A stretch of DNA of 64,000 bases from a virus (IMGVR_UViG_3300021400_000141:128001-192000); one strand, 5' to 3'. Shown: positions 1 to 9,829, counted from the first letter of the stretch. A program made the numbers and translations. The notes: generated by a model not told the origin, from the letters alone.

Positions 1-4
1 GGCA

Positions 5-145
5 TCAACCGTAGGTCACTTCGTTGCTTTTATTCACCCTTTTGCGGGATTTCATCTTATCTATGACATAGTCACTCAATTCGATGAAGTCTGGGAAGAA
101 CATGCGGTCACATTCCGTCATTGTCGTCGATGTTTCCGCAGTCAC
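5..145 (-). CDS. small ORF downstream of gp26-like gene (possible frameshift extension, gp51 C-terminal-like)
   Basis: Hand translation: VTAETSTTMTECDRMFFPDFIELSDYVIDKMKSRKRVNKSNEVTYG*. The frame is open back to about 220 with no good SD-led start. Its stop overlaps the next ATG (TGATG) at the window edge. Confidence 0.5.
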   Translation of the reverse strand: MTAETSTTMTECDRMFFPDFIELSDYVIDKMKSRKRVNKSNEVTYG

Positions 146-152
146 GTATATC

Positions 153-1448
153 TTACGCTTTTTTAGGCTGGCTAATCTGTATCGAGGAAATGAATGTAGA
201 ATACCGAAAGGGGAACGGGGTCACCGTCACACCTCCGCAGTTAGGGCACGTATGTGCCACCATCGTCTTGGTCCTGAAAGAGCATTTCGACATTTCGGAC
301 AAGAACCTGGATGCGTCATCCTTGTTCAGGTTGCCAATGAAATCTATCTTGGCCTGCGTCGTCTGGCATCCTGGGATGTCCACGAGAAGAGCCAAATTCA
401 AAAGGGCGATGTACGGCTTGGTCGGTGTGAAACCCTGCCTCTTCCATGTGTCAATCTGGTCCTTGTAAACGTAATCGTGGAAACGCCGTCTTACATACAC
501 CTCGATTGCATTTACCCCACCGATGTTTTCGATTGGGTGATAGCCGTATTCCCTGTAAAGTTCGAACAACTCCGTCGGGTCCACATTCGGGCGGAACAAC
601 ATGTTAGTAAAGTCAATTTTGTAACCAGGGTCGTCAACCACGGTTCCACAATGTTCGCAAGTGAACTTTGTCCATGTGTACGGGTCTTTCGGGAAAGTCG
701 ATGCACGCAGATACTGCAACGTGTAAATTTCGTCGCCAGTCAGGATTTGCATCGGGCCCCCATCGCAGCGTGTACGCCGTCCAAGGATTTCCGTAATAGA
801 ATCCATTTTGTTGGAGTTGTCCATGTTTTCTACCATCAGCATGTCGATAAGTCGCAACGGCTGTGCCAACATCGGCGTTCGGTAGAACAGTCCCTTTGAC
901 GGGAGTTCGTCCAGCGGAAGAAAATCTTCCTCGTTTGTCTGTGGGGGCTCATTTACAGCAACTATTGGCGTCTGAACGGGAACCGCATCCTGCGGCTGTT
1001 GAGGAATGGCTGCCTGGGGAACGAACCCCTGCGGTGGTTCCTGATTGACTGGGGGAGGAACCCTGTTAGCGGCAGCCTGAGAATACTTACGGGCAAGCTC
1101 TTCACCAGAAATATGGTGAACATCTGTCGGCGGGTTTTCGCCTTTCTCATGATAGAACATCGCGTCGTATTGCTCGTCAGTAACATGCGGTGTACGAGCA
1201 TCCATTGCGGGGAAAGTCTTATGCGGGTCAAACCATCTTTGCTCGGTTTCCTGTGGAGCAGCCTCGCCCTGTTCGGGCTCCTCAATCTTGAAAGACTTTT
1301 TCACAGGCCTCGTTATCTTAACGGACTGCTTTTCGTTAATAATTCGCCGTTTAGGAGGTTCCTGAAAAATCATGGAGCCAGTTGGAGAATTACCCAACTG
1401 TTTCCTCATTGCAACCGCCTGTTTCAGCAAATTTTCTGGTGCAGCCAT
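153..1448 (-). CDS. baseplate hub assembly protein, T4 gp26/gp51-like, with long Pro/Gln-rich N-terminus
   Basis: LPSKGLFY motif, CEHC and CPNC Zn-finger pairs and C-terminal PFPF are typical of gp26-like hub proteins. Start taken as MAAPEN, just after the upstream stop. Confidence 0.65.
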   Translation of the reverse strand: MAAPENLLKQAVAMRKQLGNSPTGSMIFQEPPKRRIINEKQSVKITRPVKKSFKIEEPEQGEAAPQETEQRWFDPHKTFPAMDARTPHVTDEQYDAMFYHEKGENPPTDVHHISGEELARKYSQAAANRVPPPVNQEPPQGFVPQAAIPQQPQDAVPVQTPIVAVNEPPQTNEEDFLPLDELPSKGLFYRTPMLAQPLRLIDMLMVENMDNSNKMDSITEILGRRTRCDGGPMQILTGDEIYTLQYLRASTFPKDPYTWTKFTCEHCGTVVDDPGYKIDFTNMLFRPNVDPTELFELYREYGYHPIENIGGVNAIEVYVRRRFHDYVYKDQIDTWKRQGFTPTKPYIALLNLALLVDIPGCQTTQAKIDFIGNLNKDDASRFLSEMSKCSFRTKTMVAHTCPNCGGVTVTPFPFRYSTFISSIQISQPKKA

Positions 1449-1449
1449 G

Positions 1450-1770
1450 TTATACCCCTGCGTAATACGAGTAGACGTACCTCGGCCCTTCGTAATGTTG
1501 TCCATTTTTCAGGTCGATGGATATCTTTTCGTTTTCTTTTTCCTTCTCATTGAGTTTATCGGAGACCATTTTTGCCAATTTTTCGGTCATCGGGTCAGGC
1601 AATTCCTGGTCCTCGTACTTGTCTACGATAATCGGCTGAGAAATGGACAAGTCCCGCATGGCGTTGTAGTCATGCGGGTCATGTCCTTTTTCGTACCACT
1701 TCATGTCATACCTGATGACATTGAAGCGAGACGGCTCTGCATTATTTGTCTGCGGGTTCTGCGGTTCCAT
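1450..1770 (-). CDS. hypothetical protein
   Basis: ORF tightly packed between co-directional neighbours. Confidence 0.6.
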   Translation of the reverse strand: MEPQNPQTNNAEPSRFNVIRYDMKWYEKGHDPHDYNAMRDLSISQPIIVDKYEDQELPDPMTEKLAKMVSDKLNEKEKENEKISIDLKNGQHYEGPRYVYSYYAGV

Positions 1771-3058
1771 TTTCAGCACCGTTGCTTTCGGCAGAGAAAC
1801 GCTTCTTCACCATGTCCTTACCAATGAGGACAGCGAACAGTCTGGCCATCGCTACCGCCTTGTCCGAAATCTTGCCTTCGATGGCACCACGCTGCTCATT
1901 GTACAACTTGTTCCATTCGACAGTCACGCAAGCATGGCTAATCATGTTGTCAATCTGGTTGTAGGTCGTCTGCGGGTTGAATGCCGTGCCAGTCTTTTCG
2001 CAGATGTGAGTTTCGGGGGTGAACCAGTCCTTGCGAACACAGGCAAAGGCGATGGAGCCGCATGCGATAGACAGCATCGGGTCGATATCGCCGCTAGCAA
2101 GGTCGTAGTTCAATGCGTTAGAGCAGTGGATTACAAAGTCATAGCGACCGTCACGCTCGTCAAGATACGTGTTGGTGATGTTCTTGAAGTTCACGCTAGG
2201 TGCAGTGTAGTGCATGATATGACGCACATCACCGTTAGCGAGGAGAAGCATCAAGTCCTCGGGAAGTTCAGAACCAGAACAAATCGTGAAGTTGTACTTC
2301 TTGTGCTTGGCAACGATGAACTCCGCCACGTTCTGCGGGATGACAGCACCCTTAACAAGGATTTTCGGCTTGGAAAGCGTCGTGCTGTAAGTCCTTGCCT
2401 GATTGACTGCATACACCTGATAAATCTGCGGAGAAACCGTGAACGGAAGGATGGTAATGTCGTTCTTCCTAGATTCGGGAACAAAGCCGATATCGACGAG
2501 GGCGTGCCTCAATTCAGCGGTAGGAACGATGATGGTATCAGCCATCTGGAGAAGGTCTTCAACGACACGGACTTCAAACAGGTTCTTACCACGTCCACCA
2601 ACACCGTCCCACACGAGTTCGTCAAGGATGTAGATGACACGGAAGTTCAACTTGCGGATTGCATCGTTCTTCGCTTCCTTTTCAGCACTGACCTTTTCGC
2701 TGTCTCCCTTGTTGTAGGCAGTGTCCAGCACGGTGTCACCGACAGTGTTCTGGAAACTACTGAACTTCATCTTCTGGACAACTTCGAAAACTGCAGGATT
2801 CTTGATATTGTCAAGAATGACGACGGTTTCCTTGGTGACGGCAAGCTTGGAATAGAGGTCGATGAACATCGCTGATGTCATCGTGATGTGGTTAAACGTG
2901 CAAAGTGTGTCGTAGAACGGGCACAAATGTGCGATATCTTCGTTAAAACGACCACCAAATAAGCGTGAGTCACCATCGTTCACATGGATGATATCCACGG
3001 TAGCCTTTACCTTGACCTTGTCTTCAATGAGTTTTTCATATAGCTCAGTAGCTTTCAT
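1742..3058 (-). CDS. putative GT-B-fold glycosyltransferase
   Basis: VIYILDELVW followed by ADTIIVPTAELRHAL resembles the DxDD...ADxVxVST signature of phage GT4-like enzymes. AAGGA SD precedes MKATEL. Confidence 0.5.
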   Translation of the reverse strand: MKATELYEKLIEDKVKVKATVDIIHVNDGDSRLFGGRFNEDIAHLCPFYDTLCTFNHITMTSAMFIDLYSKLAVTKETVVILDNIKNPAVFEVVQKMKFSSFQNTVGDTVLDTAYNKGDSEKVSAEKEAKNDAIRKLNFRVIYILDELVWDGVGGRGKNLFEVRVVEDLLQMADTIIVPTAELRHALVDIGFVPESRKNDITILPFTVSPQIYQVYAVNQARTYSTTLSKPKILVKGAVIPQNVAEFIVAKHKKYNFTICSGSELPEDLMLLLANGDVRHIMHYTAPSVNFKNITNTYLDERDGRYDFVIHCSNALNYDLASGDIDPMLSIACGSIAFACVRKDWFTPETHICEKTGTAFNPQTTYNQIDNMISHACVTVEWNKLYNEQRGAIEGKISDKAVAMARLFAVLIGKDMVKKRFSAESNGAENGTAEPADK

Positions 3059-3095
3059 AATATCCTTCTGCATAAAAGGTTGTTATTTACATCAA

Positions 3096-3109
3096 TAAAA
3101 TACATTTTT
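3096..3109 (-). promoter_or_regulatory. AAAAATGTATTTTA motif (putative middle promoter)
   Basis: One of six copies of this motif, each upstream of a minus-strand gene. Confidence 0.6.
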
Positions 3110-3149
3110 TAGACATGTACATTATATAAAAACGCTATATTTAGAAAAA

Positions 3150-3512
3150 TTAAGACAGTCTATCCATCATAGGCATACCTTTTGAGAAGGACACCCACCT
3201 TATAAGAATGTCGGCATTCGGGTCGTTGGTGTAATGCACAAACGAGGATTTCTGGTTAGGGCTGTCCTCTGGGACATGCGTCTTAATACGGTAACGGTAA
3301 TATGAGGGTTTAGGCTCAGGCTCATCTGGTAATCCAAACGTAATCGGGGTGTACTCGAATTTTCCCGCATCGCAATCGTCTACTATGACCTCGATGCTCC
3401 CACGGATACCCATAGGGAACCCGCCAATGACAGTTCCGTCAACCAATGTCAAGGTGTGACCGCTGTAAACGGCCCTAACCTGATTTCGAGGGAATACCTT
3501 GTATTCGTTCAT
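3150..3512 (-). CDS. hypothetical protein
   Basis: AAGGAG SD before MNEYKV; operon-packed after gp47. Confidence 0.65.
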   Translation of the reverse strand: MNEYKVFPRNQVRAVYSGHTLTLVDGTVIGGFPMGIRGSIEVIVDDCDAGKFEYTPITFGLPDEPEPKPSYYRYRIKTHVPEDSPNQKSSFVHYTNDPNADILIRWVSFSKGMPMMDRLS

Positions 3513-3522
3513 ATCAACTCCT

Positions 3523-4656
3523 TTACGTAGCATCAAAACTGCTAATCATGGAAATAATTTTATCCTTAGCACTGGTTCCGTCACTCAATGTCGGAGGGGG
3601 CTGGTCGGCATTTTCCATGAACAGACGGGCAACTTCCATCTGGCTCATGGTAACTACCTTCTTTGCTTCCTCGTCATCCTCTTCGACGATGGCAACAGCG
3701 TCCGCAGGGTCATGTTCCTCGACATGCTTTCCGTATGGAGACTGGAAGACATGGAGAGGGTTCTTTGCCTTCAACTTGTCAAGCGGAACCATCGCTTCCT
3801 CGGCAGTCTTGGACACATCGTTGTTGTACTTGACAAGATTGCCGCTAAGGTCTGGAAGGGCATCTATGTCGTCAAAATCGTTCACTTCCACGTAGCGTTC
3901 GCCGATTGTATTCTCGATGAAATTGACCTTCATCTTATCGGTATCGCAGGTGTAGTAGCCAGGAATTGTACCGAGGTGTGCAAACGACTGGTGATACGGG
4001 GTTCCGAGATAGACGAAACGGGTGTTTCCAATCTTCTTTGCAGACTTGCAGTGATAATGGCCGCTGATTACATAGGTGCAATACTTGGACATCTCGTTCG
4101 GGTCGAAACCTTCGACGGAAATGTTTCCAGCCTCCATGAGCATGCCGATGATATCGAAATGTCCGAAGAACACGTTGCGGTCTCGCTGTGCAGGAGTTGC
4201 TCCGACAGACTTCATGTAATCGAGTGCCTTCGCCTTGTTTTCCGCAGTACCGAGCCACGGGAACAGATGCCAGTCGTAATTGCCGAGCGTCATCTTGACA
4301 GGCTCCTTGTCAACCAAAGTCACGTTCGGAATGAACTTCAGAAACTCCAATGACGTAAGGCAGTCGGAGTTCTCGTACTGCATGTCATGGTTTCCAGTAA
4401 TAGTGATGATATTGAAGTCCTTCATGCGGTTGGCAAACAGGTCGATGACATAGTGAAGGGACTCGACCATAACGATGTTGCGGTTATCGAAGATATCTCC
4501 GCTGAACAGGATGGTATCTATGCCTTCCTGCTTGAAGTCAGCGATGATTTTATCGAAAAGTTCATCACGCTTCTTGTTGTGGTAGTCGGTAATGACCTGG
4601 TTGTGGAAGAAAGTCTTCCCAACGTGGATGTCGCCGATAATTCCGATTTTACTCAT
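3523..4656 (-). CDS. gp47: recombination endonuclease subunit, T4 gp47 / Mre11-SbcD-like
   Basis: Metallophosphoesterase motifs GDIHVG, GDIFD, GNHD, GHF, SGHYH and YLGTPYHQSF. Confidence 0.9.
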   Translation of the reverse strand: MSKIGIIGDIHVGKTFFHNQVITDYHNKKRDELFDKIIADFKQEGIDTILFSGDIFDNRNIVMVESLHYVIDLFANRMKDFNIITITGNHDMQYENSDCLTSLEFLKFIPNVTLVDKEPVKMTLGNYDWHLFPWLGTAENKAKALDYMKSVGATPAQRDRNVFFGHFDIIGMLMEAGNISVEGFDPNEMSKYCTYVISGHYHCKSAKKIGNTRFVYLGTPYHQSFAHLGTIPGYYTCDTDKMKVNFIENTIGERYVEVNDFDDIDALPDLSGNLVKYNNDVSKTAEEAMVPLDKLKAKNPLHVFQSPYGKHVEEHDPADAVAIVEEDDEEAKKVVTMSQMEVARLFMENADQPPPTLSDGTSAKDKIISMISSFDAT

Positions 4657-5353
4657 GTTCATCTTCCTTATGTTCAATTTGTTTCTGCTCGGTAGCCTTC
4701 TTCTCGTTTTCCTGGAAGAACAGGATAAGCTTGTTCATGTCGTCTGGGGTAGCATCCATGGTTCCGTCATCGTTGGTAAGCTTCTTGGCATCCTCGATGT
4801 TCTTGATTTCCATGGTAAGAAGGTCTTCTTCCTTGCGGAGTTCCTGAGTGACTTTCAAAAGGCGTTCCAGACTCTGGCCAACGCTTGAAATCATAGAGCT
4901 GACAGCAGACCACATCTTGTCGCTCATATCCAACGAGGATTCCACTTGGTCGTTCAGCTTGTCCATGAGGTTGGACGATATGTCGTAGAGTCGGTTGGCT
5001 TGGGCCCTAATACGGGCACATTCGGCAAAGTGCTGCTCTGGCGTAAGTTTGCCGAGCTTTTCCTGTGCAAGCAGGGCTGTACCCTTGGTTTCGAATATCT
5101 GGGTCTTGGCCTGTATCTTTCGGACCATCTGCTTGGTCTCTTCGATACCTTCCTTGGTAGAGCCGATAGGGAGTTTCAACTTTTCTTCAAGCGCAGTGAA
5201 GATATCCTGCTTCTGCTCATCAGGTTTATCCTCGGTCGGCTGTTCGGTCTCATCCTTCGGTTCAACGGGGGTTTCCGCAGGAGTCTCATCCTTGCTAGGG
5301 TCAACATCCCACGGCATGTTCATGTTAAACGGATTGAATGTTTCGTCAGACAT
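4649..5353 (-). CDS. probable terminase small subunit, T4 gp16-like
   Basis: Helical core ...KMWSAVSSMISSVGQSLERLLKVTQELRK...ATPDDMNKLI parallels T4 gp16 (RHMEVFATLMGQM..REILKLHKDMK...GSPTELM). Lies about 1 kb from gp17. Confidence 0.55.
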   Translation of the reverse strand: MSDETFNPFNMNMPWDVDPSKDETPAETPVEPKDETEQPTEDKPDEQKQDIFTALEEKLKLPIGSTKEGIEETKQMVRKIQAKTQIFETKGTALLAQEKLGKLTPEQHFAECARIRAQANRLYDISSNLMDKLNDQVESSLDMSDKMWSAVSSMISSVGQSLERLLKVTQELRKEEDLLTMEIKNIEDAKKLTNDDGTMDATPDDMNKLILFFQENEKKATEQKQIEHKEDEHE

Positions 5354-5892
5354 TAGTCTTCCTCCACCTCTTTATCAAGGTCGATAAGGCCCTTTTTGCC
5401 AGACTCTACGGCAAGAGAATTCAGGTCAAGGATAGTCTGGACATTCTTCTGATAGAACCTGACAGCATCAGCAAACCCCTTCAAATTATCGATATAAGCC
5501 TGTTTCTTCTTGATTCTAACATCAAGGTCGGCTATCTCCTTCTTTCCAGAGAGGTACATGTTTACATTGTCCTTGGTCTTCTCGAAAGGCTGTCTGCTAC
5601 TCATCAGCTGTTCGAACATTTCGCCCCACTTGGTCGCCCTGTCATGTTCAAGGTCGGCAAGCTGCAACTGGGCCTGCATGAGTAGTCCATTCGCGTTAAT
5701 CTGCCCATCACCGATGTTTTCAACCATGTTCTGAAGCATGATATCCACATCGAACTTGCCCTTCTTGTTCTTGGTCTTGACCTTGTCCTTCATCCAATCG
5801 GCAAGTTTTTCAATGTTTTCATTAACAGTTACCACCCCGTTCTCGTCGGTGGGCTGTGGAACAACAGGAATAACCTTAGGTGTTTCTGGCAT
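5353..5892 (-). CDS. uvsY: recombination mediator UvsY-like
   Basis: TKDNVNMYLSGKKEIADLDVRIKKKQAYIDNLKGFADAVRFYQKNVQTILDL aligns by eye to the T4 UvsY C-terminal half. GAGG SD before MPETP. Confidence 0.7.
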   Translation of the reverse strand: MPETPKVIPVVPQPTDENGVVTVNENIEKLADWMKDKVKTKNKKGKFDVDIMLQNMVENIGDGQINANGLLMQAQLQLADLEHDRATKWGEMFEQLMSSRQPFEKTKDNVNMYLSGKKEIADLDVRIKKKQAYIDNLKGFADAVRFYQKNVQTILDLNSLAVESGKKGLIDLDKEVEED

Positions 5893-5902
5893 AACAATCC
5901 TC

Positions 5903-5930
5903 AAAAAGGGGAATAATACGTATATTCCCC
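5903..5930 (-). terminator. intrinsic terminator
   Basis: GGGGAATA-7nt-TATTCCCC followed by TTTTT on the minus strand. Confidence 0.6.
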
Positions 5931-5933
5931 CAA

Positions 5934-5962
5934 AATATATATTTTTATGTCCAAATTGGCAA
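5934..5962 (-). promoter_or_regulatory. sigma70-type promoter for the uvsY operon
   Basis: TTGCCA-17nt-TATATT. Confidence 0.6.
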
Positions 5963-5968
5963 GTGGAT

Positions 5969-6400
5969 TTATTCACCAATGGCATCGAGTATACGTGCAG
6001 CCGAGCCGCCTGCCCTGGTCTTGGTGAACATCGCTTCCTTGTTAGTCAACCCGTGGGTGTACTGATAGACAAACATGGATACAACCATGGCAGAACCGTA
6101 GAAATCGTAAATGGCCTTCACACTTTCGAACTCAGGAGCAATCTTTCTGGTATAGTCATTAAACAACTTGACAAGGCCATCTGCATCTAGCACCTGACCA
6201 TTAAATGAAATATGTTTGCCATCTATAATGAGGGCACAGTATACAGCAAACAACGAAGCAGCGTCCGCTATGGCTTGCCCACTTAAATCGGGGAAAGCCT
6301 TATGCAAATAGATGCGAAGAATATTCACCTTTTCCTGTGTGATTGCCGTTTTACCGTCCTTGTACACACTATCCATCAAACTGTCAATGCTTGTCGCCAT
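5969..6400 (-). CDS. hypothetical late protein
   Basis: 143-aa ORF with TATAAACTA about 20 nt upstream. Confidence 0.7.
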   Translation of the reverse strand: MATSIDSLMDSVYKDGKTAITQEKVNILRIYLHKAFPDLSGQAIADAASLFAVYCALIIDGKHISFNGQVLDADGLVKLFNDYTRKIAPEFESVKAIYDFYGSAMVVSMFVYQYTHGLTNKEAMFTKTRAGGSAARILDAIGE

Positions 6401-6420
6401 ATCGCCACCATACTTTACTG

Positions 6421-6429
6421 TAGTTTATA
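6421..6429 (-). promoter_or_regulatory. late promoter TATAAACTA
   Basis: Exact motif overlapping the gp17 stop codon. Confidence 0.65.
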
Positions 6430-8089
6430 CGCTGGCTTCTGCCAGTGCTCCAAGCTTGTGCTGTTCGGCCATGGCGTCAGGGGACTTGACGAAGTCGAGA
6501 GCGTCAGCATAACGGTTTCTCATTTCCTCACTCAGCCGCAACATTTCAGTCTCGCTAAGGTTCTCTATTTCCTCAAAGTTACCATAATAGTAGGTAGAGT
6601 TGAGGAAGTAGATAATCCAGTAAAGCGACGTGACATGGTCGTCATGTGTGTTTCCGCCACCGCCCCATGTATTCTGGGTCTTCTTGGTGAACGTCATGAG
6701 TTCCATAATCGTATTGTAGTCATGTAGCTTGATGTAGCCGCGCTGGACATACATTTTCAACAGGATGACCACATTGTTCTTCATCGTCGGGGTAGCCCAC
6801 AATCCACGCGCATGCAAGTCAAAGTTAATTATGTTTGGATACATAGCCACGTTGAAGAAATAGTCGTAAGTGGACTTTCCAGGACCATTGTATTCGATGA
6901 TGAGGTACGGGTTGTGGTAGAATTTCAGGATAATGTTCGCAATACGGCAGAAATCGCTTACTTCGGTACAGTTGGAAGACATCGTGAACACCTGTTCACA
7001 CTTGATGTTCGAGTACACCTTAGTAATCTGCAGAACATGGTAATCCTGACGCATACCGTATGCAGTATCTATGGACGCTGCGTAAGAGTATCCTTTCGCC
7101 TCCATAGCACCAGCAGGCTCTGGATACTTGAATGTCCTTATCGAAATATCCTTTACTATCTCGGCAAGAGCGGGCGGCCATATGCTGTTATCAAACGGAA
7201 GCGGGTCGGAAGCCTTCAACGTTTCCAAGCAACGGTAGTCGATAAGAGTGATGCCAGAACCAACGAACTCGCATTCGTATTCCTGACGGAAACGCTGGTC
7301 ACCAATCTTGAGCTTTTCAGCGTTCGCCCACGCCTCTGTACGTCCAGGTACTTTGTCCCATGTAACAACGGAGCGAACATAAAGGTCGTTGTTTCCCTTC
7401 TCGAACTCGGCTTCCGCCTGGTCCAGTTCCAACGATGTCTGCCACATGTCGTAGAAGTGGTTCATACCGTTTGGTGTCGAGGTAATGATGCAACGGGTTG
7501 TCTTACCCGAAGAAATCGACGGCATAACGGAAGCGATGAACTCGGTAGCGAGGTTCGGCCTAAGGAACGCAAATTCATCCAGATACAACAGGTTGATAGA
7601 GAAACCACGGATGTTGTCAGGTGATGACGAAGACACGATGATACGCGAGTTGTTCGAGAACTGGATGGAAGTCTTGTTCCACAGTTTTACACCAGGTTGC
7701 AACCATACGGGGAGACGGCTGTAAGAATCACGCAGCTGCTGCATCTGTTCCTTCGCCAACGACAGCTTGTTACCAATCATCGCTATCAGCTGGTCTTTAT
7801 GGAAGATGCCCCACCAAAGAATGAAACCACGCACAATGGTTGATTTACCAACCTGACGAGACCACTTGTTGATATTGAACCTGTATTTCAGGAACCGTTT
7901 TATAGCAGCCTCCTGGAAGTCATACAGGTCGAACAACTGCATACCGTTGTCCTTAGTGTTGATATACACGTAGTTGCGGATGAAGTAAATCGGGTCAAGG
8001 GCGCACTTTTTAATCTCCCTCAATTTATCGATGTCAAGCTTCACCGGCTCATTTGCATCACGCAAATTTGGTATTCCGTTAAATGGCAT
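6425..8089 (-). CDS. gp17: terminase large subunit, T4 gp17-like
   Basis: DPIYFIRNY, SRQVGKST (Walker A), LLYLDEFAF (Walker B), IITSTPNG, FRQEYECEF, and HDDHV nuclease motif. Confidence 0.97.
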   Translation of the reverse strand: MPFNGIPNLRDANEPVKLDIDKLREIKKCALDPIYFIRNYVYINTKDNGMQLFDLYDFQEAAIKRFLKYRFNINKWSRQVGKSTIVRGFILWWGIFHKDQLIAMIGNKLSLAKEQMQQLRDSYSRLPVWLQPGVKLWNKTSIQFSNNSRIIVSSSSPDNIRGFSINLLYLDEFAFLRPNLATEFIASVMPSISSGKTTRCIITSTPNGMNHFYDMWQTSLELDQAEAEFEKGNNDLYVRSVVTWDKVPGRTEAWANAEKLKIGDQRFRQEYECEFVGSGITLIDYRCLETLKASDPLPFDNSIWPPALAEIVKDISIRTFKYPEPAGAMEAKGYSYAASIDTAYGMRQDYHVLQITKVYSNIKCEQVFTMSSNCTEVSDFCRIANIILKFYHNPYLIIEYNGPGKSTYDYFFNVAMYPNIINFDLHARGLWATPTMKNNVVILLKMYVQRGYIKLHDYNTIMELMTFTKKTQNTWGGGGNTHDDHVTSLYWIIYFLNSTYYYGNFEEIENLSETEMLRLSEEMRNRYADALDFVKSPDAMAEQHKLGALAEASV

Positions 8090-8109
8090 GCCTCACTCCT
8101 TATTTGTAT

Positions 8110-8118
8110 CTGTTTATA
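8110..8118 (-). promoter_or_regulatory. late promoter variant TATAAACAG
   Basis: About 20 nt upstream of the gp17 start, similar spacing to the exact copies. Confidence 0.45.
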
Positions 8119-9829
8119 AATCTTCTGGTAAACCTGCTCTCCTATTGGATTCGGCAATTTCATCGGCTGTCATGTCAGCCCTAGTCAATTTACCCTGCTG
8201 CAATTTAACCTGACGACGTTCTGCTGCGTGCTTACGAGATGTTTCGTCAAGGTCAGCATACACGACCTGCGGCATGATTTTTCTATCCTCGTCACTCATT
8301 CGGTAGAACTTGCCGTTCTTGATATTCAGAATATACCCTAGACGCATAAGGTGTTTGCCACGAGGATTATTCAAGTTATAGATTCTCGTCAACTCTTCCT
8401 TTCCTACTACCTTGTGCCAAGGCCCCGTTTTTATCACATCAGGTGCATTCGTAATATCATCGGCTGAAGCAGATGAGTTAGATTGTGCGGCAGCACTATT
8501 GTTTGATGGTGTTCCAGAACTATTGCCAGTGCGCTGCTCTTGACCAACTTGTTGTCCATTGGCCATTCCTCGTCTAGCAGCCGCATTGCTTGATGCAGCA
8601 CTGTATGCATCCATTGCGTTAACAGCATCACCGTACACGCCAAACTGAGATTCGCCACGACGGTTAGGGTCCTGTGCCCTTTCTATATACGGCTTCTGGT
8701 CTTCTTTAGTCATGAGGAAGACGGGTGCAGGTAGATATTTCAGGTATTCATCAGAAGGGTCTTTCAACATACGGGTGAGCAGACGTTTACCCTTGTCTGA
8801 TACAGGATTATAATGAAGGTCTAGTCCTGTCTTTTCTGTGAACGCCTTAGAGAATTTTTCCATATCAGTAACTTTACCATCTGGACGGAAGCCCATGGTT
8901 GCATAGTATTTCTCTTTGTCAACGATGTCACCAAATGAGTTGCGGCCTTCTGCCTCCAATTCCTCCACACTCTTGTTCTTGTCAGCGCTATCAACGACTT
9001 CTGTTAGCTTCCGTTTATACGATGGAAGGAAAACCTCTTTGTAATAACCATGGATGTATTCTTTGAGCATCTCGGCTTTTGCCTTATCCTCATCCATATA
9101 AAAGGAATCCTTATTTTGCTCCCAGTATTCTTCAAATTGCTTTTTGAACTCCGCATAGGATTCCTTGTTGATAACCTTCTTTCCATGCTCGTCCATACCA
9201 ATCATGATATAGAAGAACTCAACTGGATGGTTGATTGCCTTGCTTGCATCTATAATATGAAGGTCTTTCGTAAAGCCAAACTTGTCAGCAAAGTCGTCGT
9301 CATTTACCGTTTCCGCAGAAGATGTCTTTTTAGCGTGGCTTGCCGATTTTCCGACAGCCTCTGCTTTATCCATTAGAGTACCGCCATTCTTCAACATGAT
9401 TTCGCTTGTACGGTTTGCTCCCTCAGCCGCATACTTTGCGTTTGGGTTGTTTGCAAGATTCTTGTCAACAAGTGCTGTGGCTTTTTCAAGTATCTCCTTC
9501 TCATTCTCAATACGATTCGATTCAGCGTTCCATTTTATACCAAGGTCTACTAAGTCATAACCAATCCATATTGCACCGAGAATCTGGCCAACGACTGGAA
9601 TTGCGGCGCTCCCTATTATCTTGCCAACCAATTTAGTACCAAAAGACAGTATAAATGGACCTAGAAGGCCTATACCTAAATCTGCAGCATCCTCAGCAGC
9701 GCCCTCGAACTGGGGTTTATAGACAGTCTTGTGCAACGCAATGATAGCCTTTACAGTATCACCGTCCATGCCGTCAATCCCGCTCAACACGGATTCCATC
9801 AAAGCGTATCTATCATTTGTTGAGTACAT
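8114..9829 (-). CDS. putative head-packaged/ejection protein with conserved leader and hydrophobic helices
   Basis: Leader ..LMESVLSGIDGMDGDTVKAIIALHKTVYKPQFEG, then Gly-rich hydrophobic segment GAAIPVVGQILGAIWIG-like. Confidence 0.55.
   Translation of the reverse strand: MYSTNDRYALMESVLSGIDGMDGDTVKAIIALHKTVYKPQFEGAAEDAADLGIGLLGPFILSFGTKLVGKIIGSAAIPVVGQILGAIWIGYDLVDLGIKWNAESNRIENEKEILEKATALVDKNLANNPNAKYAAEGANRTSEIMLKNGGTLMDKAEAVGKSASHAKKTSSAETVNDDDFADKFGFTKDLHIIDASKAINHPVEFFYIMIGMDEHGKKVINKESYAEFKKQFEEYWEQNKDSFYMDEDKAKAEMLKEYIHGYYKEVFLPSYKRKLTEVVDSADKNKSVEELEAEGRNSFGDIVDKEKYYATMGFRPDGKVTDMEKFSKAFTEKTGLDLHYNPVSDKGKRLLTRMLKDPSDEYLKYLPAPVFLMTKEDQKPYIERAQDPNRRGESQFGVYGDAVNAMDAYSAASSNAAARRGMANGQQVGQEQRTGNSSGTPSNNSAAAQSNSSASADDITNAPDVIKTGPWHKVVGKEELTRIYNLNNPRGKHLMRLGYILNIKNGKFYRMSDEDRKIMPQVVYADLDETSRKHAAERRQVKLQQGKLTRADMTADEIAESNRRAGLPEDL

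Noticed and set aside
1703-2875. Long plus-strand ORF (390 aa) and similar antisense ORFs such as 3499-4353, 6812-7624 and 54359-55162
   Set aside because: They shadow recognisable minus-strand genes and have no SD, motifs or protein-like composition; explained by codon bias.
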